Source: Eledone cirrhosa (taxonomy: Eukaryota). Taken from it: a stretch of DNA of 64,000 bases. A program made the position numbers and the translations under genes. Below are positions 1 to 14,171 of this stretch, piece by piece. The DNA lies in the NCBI GenBank assembly GCA_964016885.1, contig OZ024754.1, forward strand, positions 8,370,001-8,434,000, written 5' to 3'. The first letter of the stretch is position 1. The number at the start of each line of letters is the position of its first letter. A model generated the notes under the pieces. That model was not told where the DNA came from. It was given only the letters and a program-made list of their open reading frames with translations, and did not search any database.

Positions 1-221
1 AATGAAAGAACCAAAGAATAAAGAAATCCATTCATAAAATAAAACCCAGATTTATTTCTACAATTAAACATCAAAGAAGATATGACACAAAATGGCGGGA
101 TTTGAACTCGGAAGTGTAGAATAGCAGAATATGATTATACAAGAGAGCGTTGTACCCCAAGCTCTCACTGTTCTGCCAATTAGCCCACCCATATACAAAG
201 ACATACATTGACACACGCAGC

Positions 222-339
<118 letters not shown>

Positions 340-482
340 CGTGTCTGCGTGCGTGTGTGCGTGTGCGTGTGTTTATTCCTGGTGATTTCATACGCATGAA
401 ACAGTCCTAGACATGTAGAAGTAATTTCTATATCATACACACACACACAAACACACATATATATATAATATATATATAGATA

Positions 483-690
483 TAGTTATGTAATAAACAA
501 CATAAGATAATTATTTCATTTACCAGTGGTTTCTTGAAAGCAACCAAAATTGCTTTCATTCATCAGGAAACCACTGGTAAATGAAATAATTATCTTATGT
601 TGTTTAGCACATAACTAATAAGCTCTGTAACCTACATAGAGGACTCTTTTTTCCTGAACCTTTCCGACGGAATCACTTCATTCACACATA
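483..690. mobile_element. Short Penelope-like fold-back insertion (inverted arms 483-533 / 567-617 plus tail)
   Basis: ~50-bp near-perfect inverted repeat flanked by (AT)/(AC) tracts; the spacer carries a hammerhead core on the minus strand. Confidence 0.6.
521..566 (-). ncRNA. Type I hammerhead ribozyme core, 5' strand of stem I lost at the inversion junction
   Basis: Minus strand reads CTGATGA-a-tgaaagcaa-ttttgg-ttgctttca-a-GAAA-cc-act-ggTA; stem II has 9 bp and the triplet is GUA. Confidence 0.6.
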
Positions 691-720
691 TATATACATA
701 TATATACACACACACACAAA

Positions 721-805
721 GGTCCGACGAGCTTTTGATTCTAGAGTCGGGCCAGATCGCTACAGATCGAACCTTGAGTTGATCAATAGCGAAACGCTCG
801 TCACC
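721..805 (+). ncRNA. Degenerate type I hammerhead (CCGACGA core, long loop II)
   Basis: ggt-CCGACGA-gcttttgatt...gatcaatagc-GAAA-cg-ct-cgTC-acc; stems I, II and III pair, triplet GUC, one core substitution. Confidence 0.5.
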
Positions 806-835
806 AACCAAAAAACGTTATATATATATATATAA

Positions 836-965
836 GGACAGTGGATTGGCAGAATCGGTAGAGGGTCGGTCGCCATGCTTTGGTGCATAGAGTTACTCTA
901 TGCATCAAAGCATGGCGTCTGACCCTCTACCGATACTGCCTTACTTATATATATATAATAATATT

Positions 966-1008
<43 letters not shown>

Positions 1009-1266
1009 ATTATATATATTATATATATTATATATATATTAGATATATATATATATGTATATATATATATGTATATATATATATTATATATATATATTAT
1101 ATATATATATTATATATATTATATTTATATATATTATATATATTAAAGTCAACCTCAAATCCCGCCGAGGTTGACTTTGCCTTTCATCCTTATGGGGTCG
1201 ATAAAATAAAGTACCAGTAATGCACTGGGTAATTGCTGGCCTTTTGCCTAAAGTAGAAACAATTAT
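836..1266 (+). mobile_element. tRNA-derived SINE with Meta-like central domain, split by an (AT)n tract
   Basis: Head gtggattggcagaatcggtagag; domain gactttgcctttcatccttatggggtcgataaaataaagtaccag; matches many other copies in the window. Confidence 0.75.
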
Positions 1267-1360
1267 ATTTATATATATTATATATATATATATTATATAT
1301 ATATTATATATATATATATTATATATATATATATATTATATATATATTATATATATATAT

Positions 1361-1391
<31 letters not shown>

Positions 1392-1432
1392 GTATATATA
1401 TATATTATATATATATATTATATATATATAAT

Positions 1433-1463
<31 letters not shown>

Positions 1464-1615
1464 ATATATATATTATATATATATTATATATATATTATAT
1501 ATATATTATATATATATATTATATATATATATATATATATGTACATGATGTATGTGTGTATATAGAGAGAGAGTGTGTGAAAGAGAGAGGGAGATAGATA
1601 GATAAATAGATGTCC

Positions 1616-1688
<73 letters not shown>

Positions 1689-1832
1689 CATATAGAGATT
1701 TCCTTTGATCAAAGACATGTCCAATGTGACGTATGTTCAATTGATGCCACTCGGAACACGGAATGGTGCGAATGGTGACTGAGTAACGAGGAATCGTGAA
1801 ATAAGCTTAATCTCTGTAACACATGGAGCATT

Positions 1833-3000
1833 TATACATACATACACACATATATACATACGTACATACATATATACACACATATATACATACGTACATA
1901 CACACATACATATATACATATATACATACACACATATATACATACGTACATACATATATACACACATATATACATACGTACATACACACATACATATATA
2001 CATATATACATACATACATACACACATACATATATACATATATACATACATACACACATATATACATACGTACATACATATATACACATATATACATACG
2101 TACATACATATATACACACATATATACATACGTACATACATACATACACACATATATACATACGTACATACATATATACACCCATATATACATACGTACA
2201 TACATACATACACACATATATACATATGTACATACATATATACACACATATATACATACGTACATACATACATACACACATATATACATACGTACATACA
2301 TATATACACACATATATACATACGTACATACACACATACATATATACATATATACATACACACATATATACATACGTACATACATATATACACACATATA
2401 TACATACGTACATACATATATACATATATACATACATACACACATATATACATACGTACATACATATATACACACATATATACATACGTACATACACACA
2501 TACATATATACATACATACACACATATATACATACGTACATACATACACACATATATACATACGTACATACATATATATACACACATATATACATACGTA
2601 CATACACACATACATATATACATATATACATACATACACACATATATACATACGTACATACATATATACACACATATATACATACGTACATACACACATA
2701 TATACATACGTACATACACACATACACACATACATATATACATATATACATACATACACACATATATACATACGTACATACATATATACACACATATATA
2801 CGTACATACACACATACATATATACATACATACACACATATATACATATGTACATACATATATACACACATATATACATACGTACATACACACATACATA
2901 TATACATATATACATACATACACACATATATACATACGTACATACATATATACACACATATATACACACGTACATACACACATACATATATACATACATA
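1833..3000. repeat. Compound (ACAT/AT/AC) micro/minisatellite with recurring catacgtacatac units
   Basis: Direct inspection; this is the source of the long YVCM/HTYI ORFs. Confidence 0.9.
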
Positions 3001-4152
3001 CATGGTGGCTGCCAACTCGTTTTCGAGTACGGCCACTACTTTATATCCCTGTAGGAGAACCCCTACCGATGCGCTGAACGAGTGTGACTTTTTAGTCCAG
3101 CCAGCGACTTGAAAACTCTGGTACAAACACTACACTTGTGACAATTATTGACACATAGTGCTGGGCCCATGGTACCATGTGACAAGTGCAGAGAGATCTC
3201 CAGATATAAAGCAATGCCTGTGCCGTGAAGCTTGTATACATACATATATACATATGTACAACCATATATACCCACATATATACATATACATACATATATA
3301 CACACACATACATACACACACATATGTACACACACACACATATATATATATATACACATACATACATATATACACACACATATGTACACACACATACATA
3401 TATACAAACACGAACATACATACATACACACACATACACATACATACTTACACACATATCCATACATACATATATTCACATACATACATGTGTGTGTGTA
3501 TGAATCAGGGAGTGTAAGGTGGATAAATGTGTATATATGTATGCATGTATGTATATATGGTGCTACTGGTAACATGTATCCCAGTACAACCTGTCCCATG
3601 GTCGGGTCGTTGGCGACTAAACTGGCAACCCCACCGAGGTTTCTTGGTGAGGAGGGTGACTTTGGACATCCTGCAGGACTAAAAACAAAACATGTCAAAG
3701 GGCAAAGGAGCTCTTATGAGTCAATGGCCATCCAAAATCACCGGGAGAGATGACCCCTTAGCCTTTGTCAAGGCAGAATTCTAGGAGAAGGAAAACTCTG
3801 ATATAACACCTGCAACTCTGATGGTATCCAATGATGTTGACTTGTTCTTCTTTTTGGTAAATATCATCTTGGTTAAGAGAGTGGGACTGGCTTCGTGCAG
3901 TGCCTTTGCTCACTATAAAAGCTTCACGGCACAGGCATTGCTTTATATCTGGAGATCTCTCTGCACTTGTCGTCACATGGTACCATGGTCCCAGCACTAT
4001 GTGTCAATAATTGTCACAAGTGTAATGTTTGTACCAGAGTTTTCAAGTCGCTGGCTGGACTAAAAAGTCACACTCGTTCAGCGCATCGGTAGGAGTTCTC
4101 CTACATGGATATAAAGTAGTGGCCGTACTCGAAAACGAGTTGGCAGCCACCA
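3001..4152. mobile_element. Head-to-head pair of one dispersed element (3001-3233 minus; 3557-4152 plus), RTE-5'UTR-like sequence
   Basis: 3001-3233 is the reverse complement of ~3918-4152; the same element recurs at 12010-13352; contains gagaaggaaaactctga, reminiscent of RTE-type 5' regions. Confidence 0.65.
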
Positions 4153-4704
4153 TATATATATGACGTATGCTGTGTGTTAGTCCTTGTCTCTCCACAAGAT
4201 AAAATGACTGAAATCAAAAGAAGTGGCTAAGTTGATGGACACAAAAAGTCTAAAGGATGTGGCATGGGTGGAGGTGGTGTGTGTAGTGGGGTGAAAGAAA
4301 AATCTAAAGAAACAATCCGTTACATTTCTGGGTGACATTTTTGTAATTTTTTTATTTTTTATATGAAATAATAATTGTTTCTACTTTTGGCACAAGGCCA
4401 GCAATAACCTCAGTACATTACTAGTACTTTATTTTATCGACCCCGTAAGGATGAAAGGCAAAGTTAACCTCAAATAATAATAATAATGGGTTATAATTTT
4501 AACACAAGGCCAGTAATTTGGAGATAAATGAAAGATGGACGACAAATTTGTTCTCGGTGGGATTAAAATTCAGAATATAAAGAGCCGTAACAAATACTAC
4601 AAGGCATTTGAAGTTGTATAGATTCTACCAATCCACTGTCCAAGTACAACATAATTATGAACTGTTAATGATATGTGAGTTTGTCGGTGAAACATATATA
4701 TATA

Positions 4705-5155
4705 TACACCAGGTCCGAACACAAAGGAACCAAACTCCCACTGTCTCTGTCCCCGTCTCTCCGACTCTCCCCATCTCTCATATACACCAGGTCCGAACAC
4801 AAAGGAACCAAACTCCCACTGTCACTGTCCCGGTCTCTCCGACTCTCTCCATCTCTCATATACACCAGGTCCGAACACAAAGGAACCAAACTCCCACTGT
4901 CACTGTCCCCGTCTCTCCCACTCTCCCCATCTCTAATATAAACCAGGTCCGAACACAAAGGAACCAAACTCCCACTGTCACTGCCTCCATCTCTCCCGCT
5001 CTCCCCATCTTTCACTATTATGACCAAATGGGGGCCCACGCGCTGGTCGCCCTTCGTCCCCGGCGTATAAAATAGAGAAGGTGTTTCCCCAGAGGATGGT
5101 TAGGGAGACACGCTGGAAGAGCCATTCCAGCTCACCAGACTCACACCTGCGGGTT
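4705..5155 (-). mobile_element. 3' end of a CRE-like (RLE) non-LTR retrotransposon with four 78-bp tandem repeats
   Basis: Minus frame RRCESGELEWLFQRVSLTILWGNTFSIL resembles the CRE C-terminal FQRxSxxxQRGNA motif; repeats start at 4708, 4786, 4864 and 4942; homologous to 31581-31830. Confidence 0.6.
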
Positions 5156-6188
5156 TAAAATACGTCAACTTTTTACCAGAATTATATTTTCAAGAATTAC
5201 GTTTAGACACAGGCATCCCATCTGTTTTGGGTGTTCACACTTCCCACCCACGTGACTTCACATTCGGTGTCTCTGCTACTGCGAAGCACATCACACGTGT
5301 GAGTGTGTGTGTGTGTGTGTGTGTACATGTATTTTTATGTATGTGTGTGTGCGTTTGTCCATGTCTGCGTTTATGTCACGTAACTTAGCGGTTGGTCAAA
5401 AAGAGAACGATAGTATAAGTACCACCAGACTTGAACACATGAATACTGCAGGTCTCAATATGTTCAGTTAATCTAAGCAAAGTAGTGCCGAGCATGGCGG
5501 CAGTCTAATGACTAAAACCAGTAATGGAATAAAAGAATAACATGAATAAATAGAATGCACTTGATTTTGTTAACTAACATATTCTGCAGACGACATCTTC
5601 CCATCATGCACCATGACAACATGTCATGGAGAACATTTAAACGATTATGTAGTTATTTTAAACCCTTGTCAAGAAGCCATTTAAATATATAAAGGAAGCA
5701 ATGGTCAATGTATACCAGTAGACAAATTAGAATTCAGTATGAGCTTAGCTGTCTTATAATATGAAAATAATATTCCAACATGTCCATTTATTCATGTGAA
5801 TCCAACGGGAAGTCTATAAATCCTTGTCAACTTCTCAATCTGTCCGTACAGCAAATAAATGTGTCTTCGTATCATAACTTTAAATCAGAGGTTTTCAAAG
5901 ATGGGCGCTACATCCCCCCGGTTCAGGGTGGCGCTGGGGCTAAAGGGGGAGATGGGAAGGATGCTATGAATTTATTATTTATAATGTTATTAGAGTATTG
6001 TATATATATGATATAATAGTATATTATATATCAAATGATACACATCTCTATATATATAAAATTCTTTGTCTCTCTGTCTGTTATATATAAATATAGTAAA
6101 ATAAAAAATATATATATTATTTATTTATACATAGTATATATTATATTATTTATTATATATAAATTAATGATTTTATTTATTATATATT

Positions 6189-6408
6189 AAATTAGAAATA
6201 GAAGTTTCGCCGTATTTTTTTTACTAAAGAAATGTTAGCCTGATAGTGGGGTTTAGAACCTGTAAGAAATGGAAAAAGGTAAGTATTGACGTACATGTAC
6301 GTCACGTCAAAACTCATCTTTTTCCATTTCTTAGAGGGTTCCAAACCCTACTATCAGTCTAAAATTTCTTTAGTCAAAAATTATGGCGAAACCTTCTATT
6401 TCTAATTT
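6189..6408. repeat. ~220-bp imperfect palindrome (MITE-like)
   Basis: Arms 6189-6292 and 6304-6408 are reverse complements with scattered mismatches. Confidence 0.75.
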
Positions 6409-6449
6409 CAAAATTCGCTCGCTGTTTCAAAACACACTTACTTGTTATT

Positions 6450-6802
6450 AGGGCGATGGATTGGCAGAATCAGTAGAAGGTCGGACGCCATGCTATGCAG
6501 CATAGAGATACGGCCCTTTATGATCTTAGAAGGTCGGACGCCATGCTTTGCAGCATAGAGTTACGGCTCTTTATAATCTTAGAAGGTCGGACGCCATGTT
6601 TTGCAGCATAGAGTTACGGCTCTTTATAATCTTAGAAGGTCGGACGCCATGATTTCCAGCATAAAGTTACGGCCCTTTATGATCTAAGTTCAAATCCCGC
6701 CGAGGTTAACTTTTCTATTCATCCTTACGAGGTCGATAAAATAAAGTACCAGTAATGCACTGGGATAATTGCTGGCCTTGTGCCAAAAGCAGAAACAATT
6801 AT
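6450..6802 (+). mobile_element. Meta-like SINE with an internal ~52-bp unit repeated four times
   Basis: agaaggtcggacgccatg...gcatagagttacggc repeated four times before the ttcatccttacgaggtcgataaaataaagtacc domain. Confidence 0.75.
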
Positions 6803-7022
6803 ATATTATTTACAATTTGCGTGTAGGTAGGTCCCTCTGGAAATAGGGGCGGGACGCTGAGAGCATTACGTGGCCGTGAGAGGGAGAGGGCGGTGGTCCA
6901 AAGGGTTTGAGAAGAACCCGTGCTTTAAATATTAGGTTTCATTTTTTTTTTTCTCCATTCCAAACCGCCTGAAACCGACCATGATTCCGGATACAAAGCT
7001 GTTGGTTGTGTTTACGAATATA

Positions 7023-7123
7023 CAGGGTGTCTCCAAAAAATGTATACACACTTTCATTACATGTACAGGCAATATTTATTAGAATGTTGTTGAAGTGTGT
7101 ATACATTTTTGTGGGACACCCTG
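7023..7123. mobile_element. Tc1/mariner-type MITE with TA target duplication; partial second copy at ~7213-7308
   Basis: TA|cagggtgtctccaaaaaatgtatacacacttt...aagtgtgtatacatttttgtgggacaccctg|TA. Confidence 0.8.
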
Positions 7124-7704
7124 TATTTATCCGTGACACCTGGTGGAGTCGTAAGGGCGTCGTAGTGACATACGGTGTTTCTTGGGTATTTTTTAAACAT
7201 GGCTGAGTTCAGTCTCCAAAAAATGTATACACACTTTCATTACATGTACAGGCAATATTTATTAGAATTTTGTTGAAGTGTGTATACATTTTTGTGGGAC
7301 ACTCTGTATTTATCCGTGACACCTGGTGGAGTCGTAAGGACACAGTGGTGACATACGGCGTTTCTTGGACATTTTTAACATGGCGGAGTCCATCTTTTCT
7401 CTCCAGATCTGAACACCAGCGATTTTTTACAGAGAAGAAGAGAGATAGTGATAGAGAGCGAGTGAGATAGTGGTAGAGAGGGAGTGAAAAGAAGAGAGAT
7501 ATTGATAGAGGAGGAGTGAGAAGAAGAGAGATATTGATAGAGGGGGAGTGAGAAGAAGAGAGATAGTGATAAAAGGGGGAGTGAGACAAGACACATTATA
7601 TCTCTCCTCCTCCTCCACACACACACACTATATCTCTCCTCTGGAAGTAATCGGTAATGTTCAGCCCAAAAGAGAGATGGGCTCAGGCAGGTTTAAAACG
7701 TTAC

Positions 7705-7745
<41 letters not shown>

Positions 7746-8587
7746 CGTCTCTCTCTCTCTCCTCCTCTTCCTCCTGGCCAGAAGAGGGATGGCCTCAGGC
7801 AGGTTTAAAACGTTACCTCTCTCTCTTTCTCTCTCTCTTTCTTTCTCTCTCTCTCTCTTTCCGTCTCTCTCTCTCTCTCTCTCCTCCTCTTCCTCCTGGC
7901 CAGAAGAGGGATGGCCTCAGCCAAGTTTAAAACCTTTCTACGGCTCCCATACGACTCCATTAAGTATTACCAAGTCCATACAAACAATTATTGTAAAAGT
8001 ATAAAAAGCTGATCTCTCTCTCTCTCTCTCTCTCTCTCCTCCCTCCCGCTCTCTCTTCCCCTCTCCCTCCCTCTCTTCCTCTCTCTCCTCCCTCTCTTTC
8101 TTTCTTCTCTCTCCTCCCTTTCTTTCTTCTCTCTCCTCCCTCTTTTATCTCTCTTTCTCTCTCTCTCTTTCTCTCTCCCTCTGTCTCTTCTCTCTCCTCC
8201 TTCTCCCTCCCCTCCTCTCCTCCCTCCGTCTCCCTCCCTCCTCCTCCCTCTCCCCTCCATCTCTCTCTCTCTCTCTCTCTAGATTATTGAACACCATTAA
8301 TCTATGACATAAAGGTTATCAATAGTTCGCATCTTCCTCACTAAAAACTAAACATAACATCATTTCCTTTATCGATTTATTTCCTAAAACGAAAAACCTT
8401 TAAAATCTTCAGATTGCCTTAATCACTGACAAAAGAAGGAATTTGCTTCTTCACAATGTCTCGTCCCGTTTATCGATTAGATGTGTTCAATATTGTACAA
8501 AACACAAGGATCTTCAGTGTATATTAAGGGAGAGCTAAAGGTTAAACTACTGTCAGTTGTCACATTAGCTTAAACAAGGGCGTTATT

Positions 8588-8633
<46 letters not shown>

Positions 8634-8973
8634 CGTGTGTGTGTAAGTGCGTGTGTAAGTGTGTATAAGTGTTTGCGTATGTGTGTGTGTAAATGTTTGC
8701 GTGTGAGTGTGTGTGTATGTGTGTGTGTTTGCGTGTGTATGTTTATTGTTAGTGTGTGTGAGTGTGTGAGTGTCTGTGAGTGTGTGTGCGTGTGTGCGTG
8801 TGTGTGTATGTGCGAGTGAGTAAGTGTGTGTGAGTGCGCGTATGTGTGTGTGTGTAAGTGCGTGTGAGTGTGTCTATGTGTGTGTGTGTAGCTATTTCTA
8901 TAGGTTTTCGTTTATTTTTCTATGTATGTTTGCAGTTAAAAAATGGATATTTTGTAGTAGTTGTCAGTAAATG

Positions 8974-9662
8974 AGGCGGGGAATTGGCGTTAGAACATCG
9001 TTAGAACGTCGGATAAAATGCCATGTGGTATTCGTTTCCGGCTTTCCGCTCTCTGAGTTCAAATCCCACCGTGGTCAACTTTGCCTTTCATCTATTCAAG
9101 GACGGTAAAAAAAAGTACCAGTCTAGTACTGGGGTCGATTCTTTCTCTATATCTCTTTCTCGTTTCCTCTCTCTCTCACTTTCTATCTTTCTCTGGAAGA
9201 AATCTACTGTACTCAGACCTGGAGAAGGATGGGCTCCGCCAAGCTTAAAATGTCGAAGAAACACCATATGTCAATACTGCGCCCCTACGATTGTATCAGC
9301 AGTTACGGGACCATACATACATACAAATATAATACCAGTCTAGTACTGGGGTCGATTCTTCCTCTATATCTCTTTCTCGTTTCCTCTCTCTCTCTCACTT
9401 TCTATCTTTCTCTGGAAGAAATCTACTGTACTCAGACCTGGAGAAGGATGGGCTCCGCCAAGCTTAAAATGTCGAAGAAACACCATATGTCAATACTGCG
9501 CCCCTACGATTGTATCAGCAGTTACGGGACCATACATACATACAAATATAATACCAGTCTAGTACTGGGGTCGATTCTTCCTCTATATCTCTTTCTCGTT
9601 TCCTCTCTCTCACTTTCTATCTTTCTTTGGAAGAAATCTGCTGTACTCAGGCCTGGAGAGGG
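8974..9662 (+). repeat. Meta-like SINE followed by an ~219-bp tandem triplication
   Basis: taccagtctagtactggggtcgattc recurs at ~9116, 9333 and 9553; the unit contains a dispersed ~130-bp repeat also at 7130-7437 (reverse complement), 7637-7975 and 10128-10250. Confidence 0.75.
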
Positions 9663-9829
9663 TTATATTGTTTTGCAAGTGAGATACTGCGAGTTCAATT
9701 AATGATGTCTTTCGTTCTGCTTACTCCGTTTGGTTTATGGCAGGCCCTGCCCGTGTAGGCCCTTCTTTATGCCCAGGGTTATATCCTAGAAGTTCGCGAT
9801 TTTGAAGCTGTTTATAACAGTTGACCGTG

Positions 9830-9910
<81 letters not shown>

Positions 9911-10061
9911 AACGAGTAGGACCCCACTCGTTCTACTCGTTCTTATTACCCACTCTACTACCCTAAGTATTGAGTACTTTGGTGCGTTATGGTCCACCTG
10001 GTTCCTTACCACATTTCCTTCGTTAATATATATATATATATTATATATATATATATATTAC

Positions 10062-10120
<59 letters not shown>

Positions 10121-10534
10121 CCTTTTAAGGAAGAAATTTTCTGTATTCAGACCCGGAGAGGAGATAGGCTGCGCCATGTTTAAAATATGCGCTAGAAAGG
10201 CCATACATCAATATGGCGTCCCAACGACTCGCTCAAGAGTCACGTGATCACGCATGCGTGCATCAGGCTATAAATTGACCAAAAATATATTCGTAAAAAG
10301 CTCACCTAGAGATTATCAACAACACATTAATATGTCGCGAAGCACACTTTGGAAATCTCTGGCTTAGATAATAAAATTACAAACGATAACAGACAGACTA
10401 ATGGTAGACTGTATAAAGTAAAACTACATTGGCCAACAGCATTTTTAGGATAACATATGCATTGCATTATATAAAATTCGTGTCCAGCCCATTATGTTTG
10501 TCTGTCTGAAATAAACGTCAATCTATAAAAGATT

Positions 10535-10592
<58 letters not shown>

Positions 10593-10952
10593 TATTGTAC
10601 ATATACATATACATATATACATATATACGCATATATATATATATATATATATATCTATATATATATACATATTTATATATACATATATATATACATATTC
10701 ATATATACATATATATATACATATTTATATATACATATATATACATATATATATACATATATATATATATGTGTACATATATATATATATATATGTGTAC
10801 ATATATATATATACATATATACATATATATATACACATATATATATACATATATATGTACATATATATATATACATATATACATATATACATATATACAT
10901 ATATATATACATGTATATATACATATATATGTACATATATATATATACATAT

Positions 10953-10983
<31 letters not shown>

Positions 10984-11586
10984 GATACATATATATATAC
11001 ATATATATGTACATATATATATATACATATATACATATATACATATATATATATATAGATACATATATATATATATACATATATACATATATACATATAC
11101 ATATATATATATACATACATATATACATATATACATATACATATATATATATACATACATATATATATATATACATATATATACATATATATAGATATGC
11201 ACATATATATATATATACCTATATACATATACACATATACATATATATATACCTATATACATATACACATATACATATATATACATACATATATATATAC
11301 ATATATATACACACATGTATATAAATACATATACAAATATACATATATATATATATATACATATATATATATGTATATACATATATATACGTATATATAT
11401 ATATATATACATATACACATGTATATAAATACATATATATATAAACATGTATATAAATACATATATATATATACATATATACATATATATATGCATATAT
11501 ATATATATACATATAGGTACACATATATGTACACACATATATACACACATACATATACATATATAACTATACATATATACATATAT

Positions 11587-11619
<33 letters not shown>

Positions 11620-11680
11620 CATATACACATATATATATATACATATACACACACATATGTATATATACAAATACATATAT

Positions 11681-11738
<58 letters not shown>

Positions 11739-11919
11739 GTAAAAGATGTCTGTCTCTAAAAACGTTTAAAAACCTCACATGCCATCAATTTTACCGCATG
11801 TTTCGGAAGTGGAGCTCAGGAAGGGTAAACAATATTGTTTTCATATCAAAGATATCATTATAAGTTTTGTGAATGAGTTACTGTTATTTGTATATTATCA
11901 TATTAAACAAGGCAACCCC

Positions 11920-11989
<70 letters not shown>

Positions 11990-12009
11990 CATACATATAT
12001 ACATGCATA

Positions 12010-12479
12010 CATGGTGGCTGCCAACTCGTTTTCGAATACGGCCACTACTTTATATCCATGTAGGAGAACTCCTACCGATGCGCTGAACGAGTGTGACTTT
12101 TTAGTCCAGCCAGCGACTTGAAAACTCTGGTACAAACACTACACTTGTGACAATTATTGACACATAGTGCTGGGCCCATGTTACCATGTGACGACAAATG
12201 CAGAGAGATCTCCAGACATAAAGCAATGCCTGTGCCGTGAAGCTTTTATAGTGAGCAAAGGCACTGCACAAAGCCAGTCCCACTCTCTTAACCAAGATGA
12301 TATTTACCAAAAAGAAGAACAAGTCAACATCATTGGATACCATCAGGGTTGCAGGTGTTATATCAGAGTTTTCCTTCTCCTAGAATTCTGCCTTGACAAA
12401 GGCTAAGGGGTCATACATACATACATACATACATACATACATACATACATACATACATACATACATACATACATACTTA

Positions 12480-12526
<47 letters not shown>

Positions 12527-12719
12527 TTATAAGACTGTTTATATTGTATTTTGTCTGAAGATGGCATAACATATTGTTAATATGATATCCCTGAAATATA
12601 TATAACGAAATAAATATGGTTTTATAAATATAGTTTCCATTTATTTAATATCATATATATATATATATATATATTCCTTTCATATACTGTACCGATTGTG
12701 TTGTTATTACTGTTTACCT

Positions 12720-12750
<31 letters not shown>

Positions 12751-12774
12751 TTGTGTGTTTATATATATATGAGC

Positions 12775-12831
<57 letters not shown>

Positions 12832-13352
12832 TATAAAGGTTTCTTGGTGAGGACGGTGACTTTGGACATCCTGTAGGACTAAAAACAAAACCTGTCAAAG
12901 GGCAAAGGAGCTCTTAAGAGTCAATGGCCATCCAAAATCACCGGGAGAGATGACCCCTTAGCCTTTGTCAAGGCAGAATTCTAGGAGAAGGAAAATTCTG
13001 ATATAACACCTGCAACCCTGATGGTATCCAATGATGTTGACTTGTTCTTCTTTTTGGTAAATATCATCTTGGTTAAGAGAGTGGGGCTGGCTTTGTGCAG
13101 TGCCTTTGCTCACTATAAAAGCTTCACAGCACAGGCATTACTTTATATCTGGAGATCTCTCTGCACTTGTCGTCACATGGTACCATGGGCCCAGCACTAT
13201 GTGTCAATAATTGTCACAAGTGTAGTGTTTGTACCAGAGTTTTCAAGTCGCTGCCTGGACTAAAAAGTCTCACTCGTTCAGCGCATCGGTAGGGGTTCTC
13301 CTACATGGATATAAAGTAGTGGCGGTACTCGAAAACGACTTGGCAGCCACCA
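12010..13352. mobile_element. Second head-to-head pair of the same element (12010-12414 minus; 12837-13352 plus)
   Basis: ~400-bp inverted repeats, highly similar to 3557-4152; both outer ends are ttggcagccaccat next to microsatellite. Confidence 0.7.
12549..12610 (+). ncRNA. Type I hammerhead ribozyme (CUGAAGA core)
   Basis: ttttgt-CTGAAGA-...catatt-gtt-aatatg...-GAAA-tatataTA-acgaaa; stem I ttttgt/acgaaa, palindromic stem III, triplet AUA; same family as 14803-14868. Confidence 0.6.
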
Positions 13353-13389
13353 TATATATATATCGTAGATATCTGTGTGTATATATCTA

Positions 13390-13430
<41 letters not shown>

Positions 13431-13939
13431 CATATTTATATATATGTATATATATATGTGTGTGTATATATATATAGTAGATATCTGTGTGTTTATATCT
13501 ATGATATATATATATATACTGTATATATATATATACATATACACATAGTTTAAGCTCGTTATATTGCATCAACCATAATTGTTTTGATGTTTTGTTGACT
13601 AAAGAGTTAATAAAAAGAAATCTGGGAATATATTCACACCGCTTCCTCTTGTTTGCCTTTCAATTTGTTTATCAATCATAAAAATATGTATTTATATCGT
13701 CATGTAATAGAATATTTTAAGTTCTAAAGATTAATTTCATATATATATATATATACATACACTATATATATATATATATTATTATTAAACACTCACACTA
13801 TATATATATAAACACATACTATATATATATATATAAACACTCACACTATATATATATATATATATATATATACATACACTATATATAAACACATACTATA
13901 TATATATAAACACTCACACTATATATATATATATATCAA

Positions 13940-14171
13940 ATTGATCACCATGACCGACCAGTCTGTCCGGCGCCAATGGTCACAGCACGTCGTGCTGTTT
14001 TAGCCATTGGCTGGGCTGGCAGGCCGGTACTCATTTCTACAGCTGAGTAAACTGGAGCAACGAGAAATAAAGTGTCTTGCTCAAGGAAACAACACATCAC
14101 CCGGTCCGAGAATTGAACTCACAACCTTTCGATTGCAAGCCCAATGCTCTAACCACTAACCCATGCGCCTT

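Noticed and set aside
1775-1816. ctgagta-acga-ggaa-tcgt-gaaa hammerhead-like motif
   Set aside because: The core G8 is altered and stems I and III pair poorly; at best a decayed copy.
1737-3126. 400+ aa ORFs on both strands, and similar [12 protein letters not shown] ORFs throughout the window
   Set aside because: They are translations of stop-free microsatellites with no domain content.
4674-5295. Solo LTR (TGTGA...TCACA with a TATA-like box)
   Set aside because: No matching TSD, and the interior is better explained as a CRE-like 3' end homologous to 31581-31830.
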